Positions 62,222 to 64,000 of a stretch of 64,000 bases of DNA are shown here, piece by piece. The notes beneath the pieces are model-generated. The model had not been told where the DNA came from. It did not search any database and saw only the letters and a list, made by a program, of their open reading frames with translations. The stretch lies in NCBI GenBank assembly GCA_965644295.1, contig CBFFRP010000373.1:248001-312000 (forward strand), in the 5' to 3' direction. Position 1 is the first letter of the stretch. Each line of letters opens with the position of its first letter. This DNA comes from Paraphysomonas bandaiensis (taxonomy: Eukaryota > Protista > Chrysophyceae). The position numbers and the translations under genes are program-made.

Positions 62222-62550
62222 AAGTAAACATTATGCAATCGTGGGATTTTTTTTTTCCCACGTTTTTAGGAGTATTTGAGGAGTATTTCTCGTATACCGG
62301 TATATTGTACTATACTATACTGCTGCAGTATTGTGTATGTATTCGTTTGTACGAGTAGTACTCTATGCGCATAGAGGTGTATGTATGTGTGTGAGGAGGA
62401 TATTTGAATTCTTGTGCACAGATCAGCACACACATACTCACACCACAGCACATGACATACATATACATGATACCATCATAGCACAGACTCCTCTGGTACG
62501 TAAGTTGTATATTAAATCACAAGTGGCTAGAAACAATGTAGCTACGACTA
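62222..62550 (+). mobile_element. Left arm of the same MITE copy
   Basis: Near-identical to 39909-40238. Target duplication TAT(A) shared with the 60069 arm. Confidence 0.9.
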
Positions 62551-64000
62551 TATCCAGGTACACTCGTTCATCTCCAGTTTCAGTCAGAAGTACTTCACCA
62601 TCATCTATCATGTTGGTCTCCTCTCCAGATGAAACGTCATCATCTACATATTTGGACCACCCCACTGATGAACTCTTCTTAACCTTCTTGGAGCCTTTTT
62701 TCTCATATTTTCTATCGATCTTCCTCTTGTTCCCTCTTTTGCACTCAGCAGCCTTGTGTTCTTTGCTACCACAATGAAAACACCCTGTATATGCTTCTGA
62801 ACCCACTTGTTGCGCTCCTTTCCTCATATTCTTTGCTTTAGCCTTCCCATTTCGCTTGAACTTCTGGAAAATTTTATTTTTGTGTTTGACACGACACACA
62901 CTTGCAGTATGCCCTTTTTTCATACAGAATGAGCATTTGACATTTTCCACACCTCCTTGTGGTCCGAGCATATTGACCTGTTCTCCTTGTTTGTCAATTT
63001 CGAACTCCTCCAGTTGTTGTTTAGCCTCATCAAATTCTTCGCACGCGTCTTTAACTATCTGATACGTGGTCGTTGCTTTAGGCAGCATTGCAATAGCTAA
63101 CCACAACTCCTTCAGCTCTGGAGTATGTATGGACTTTTTGATCTTTGCGAGCTTGCTCTCCTCGGTTGGCGGTTGTCCCAACTTTGTCAATTTCTGTATT
63201 ATCCCATTCAACCTATCAATACCAATAGCGACCTTTTCATTGGCTCTAATTTTAAAGCTATGGTATTCCGCTGTAGTCTTCTCGAGTACATTTCCCAACT
63301 CCCCCCTAAACCTATCCACCAGCGTCTGAAGCATTTCATTGGACAAAACTTCCTTATTGGGATCATCATCTGGAAGTAACGCCTTCGCCTCCATGTATTG
63401 ATTGGCAACCTCCAATACATCAGCGTCATGTTCACAAGCCTCCCAAATCGTTGCAACGCACGTGTCATTTCGCTCATGCCATAATTCTCGTGCTCTGCCT
63501 CCTCCAGCAGGTTTCGGCTCTAACCCCAGATGGTTCCGATTTTTCTTCATCAGATGAATCCTTATTTTTTTGAGCAGACGCCTCCGCCTGATACTTGTCG
63601 AACTTCAGCACCTTGTTGTACTCCTTCGTCTCTTCAGTGCTACCACTCGCTACCATGTTAACAATGGACATTTCACTGAAGTTAACTTTGCTCTACGCGT
63701 AAACCGTAACCTTGCTGTTGAACACAATGCACTTTCAAGTAAGTAATTATGATTATTATTCTGAACACTTCACTACATATTCGTGTAACATATGTTGAAA
63801 CATCTGTTCTTATAGCAACATCTGTTTATCATATGTTCATCAGTCAGTTCTATATCTTGTATAGTCACACATCAGTAACTGAATTTAATTCCTTTGTAAC
63901 TATAATAATCACCCGTTACACCTATGAGTTGACTTTACCTATAATTGCACACTGTTAACTCACTTCAATTGCACAATATATATCACATCATATTGCAGAA
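62551..64000 (-). mobile_element. Ty1/Copia element (Copia-2): 5' LTR (63656->64000), PBS, gag with two CCHC knuckles; truncated at the protease motif
   Basis: LTR ends ...TAACA followed by PBS TGGTAGCGAGTG. CSFCMKKGHTASVC and CFHCGSKEHKAAEC. Breaks at ERVYLD. Confidence 0.9.

Overview
Eukaryotic nuclear DNA with short GT-AG introns of about 45-70 nt. The host is probably a flagellated protist, possibly a stramenopile; this is inferred from RIB43A, intron size and transposon types. Host genes: a >4,300-aa poly-C2/GAF-like protein, a myristoylated EF-hand protein, a class I glutamine amidotransferase-like protein, a D-2-hydroxyacid dehydrogenase with one in-frame TAG, arginase and RIB43A. About half of the window is transposable elements. 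At 24.7-44.5 kb a hAT remnant contains a Copia. That Copia contains an intact chromodomain Gypsy, a Gypsy solo LTR, a 5.6-kb two-gene DNA transposon and its 594-bp MITE. Two systems stand out. (1) A dispersed 0.4-0.6 kb retroposon with 11-14 bp TSDs always begins CCCTCAAC and folds into an HDV-like ribozyme resembling the trypanosomatid L1Tc/ingi Pr77 hallmark. It is linked to an RT+RNase H LINE, which suggests a RIME/NARTc-like pair. (2) A Sola1/DUF7869-like DDD transposase with a C-terminal Tudor-like domain is paired with a divergent Myb/SANT gene. The element has AAGTAAAC TIRs and a 3-bp TSD, inserts into other TEs and leaves one-ended copies. The recently inserted Gypsy is also unusual: IFDN instead of YxDD, no tRNA PBS, a CCCH Gag finger and an in-frame UGA between gag and pol. 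All family assignments come from motifs read by eye; no searches were run.
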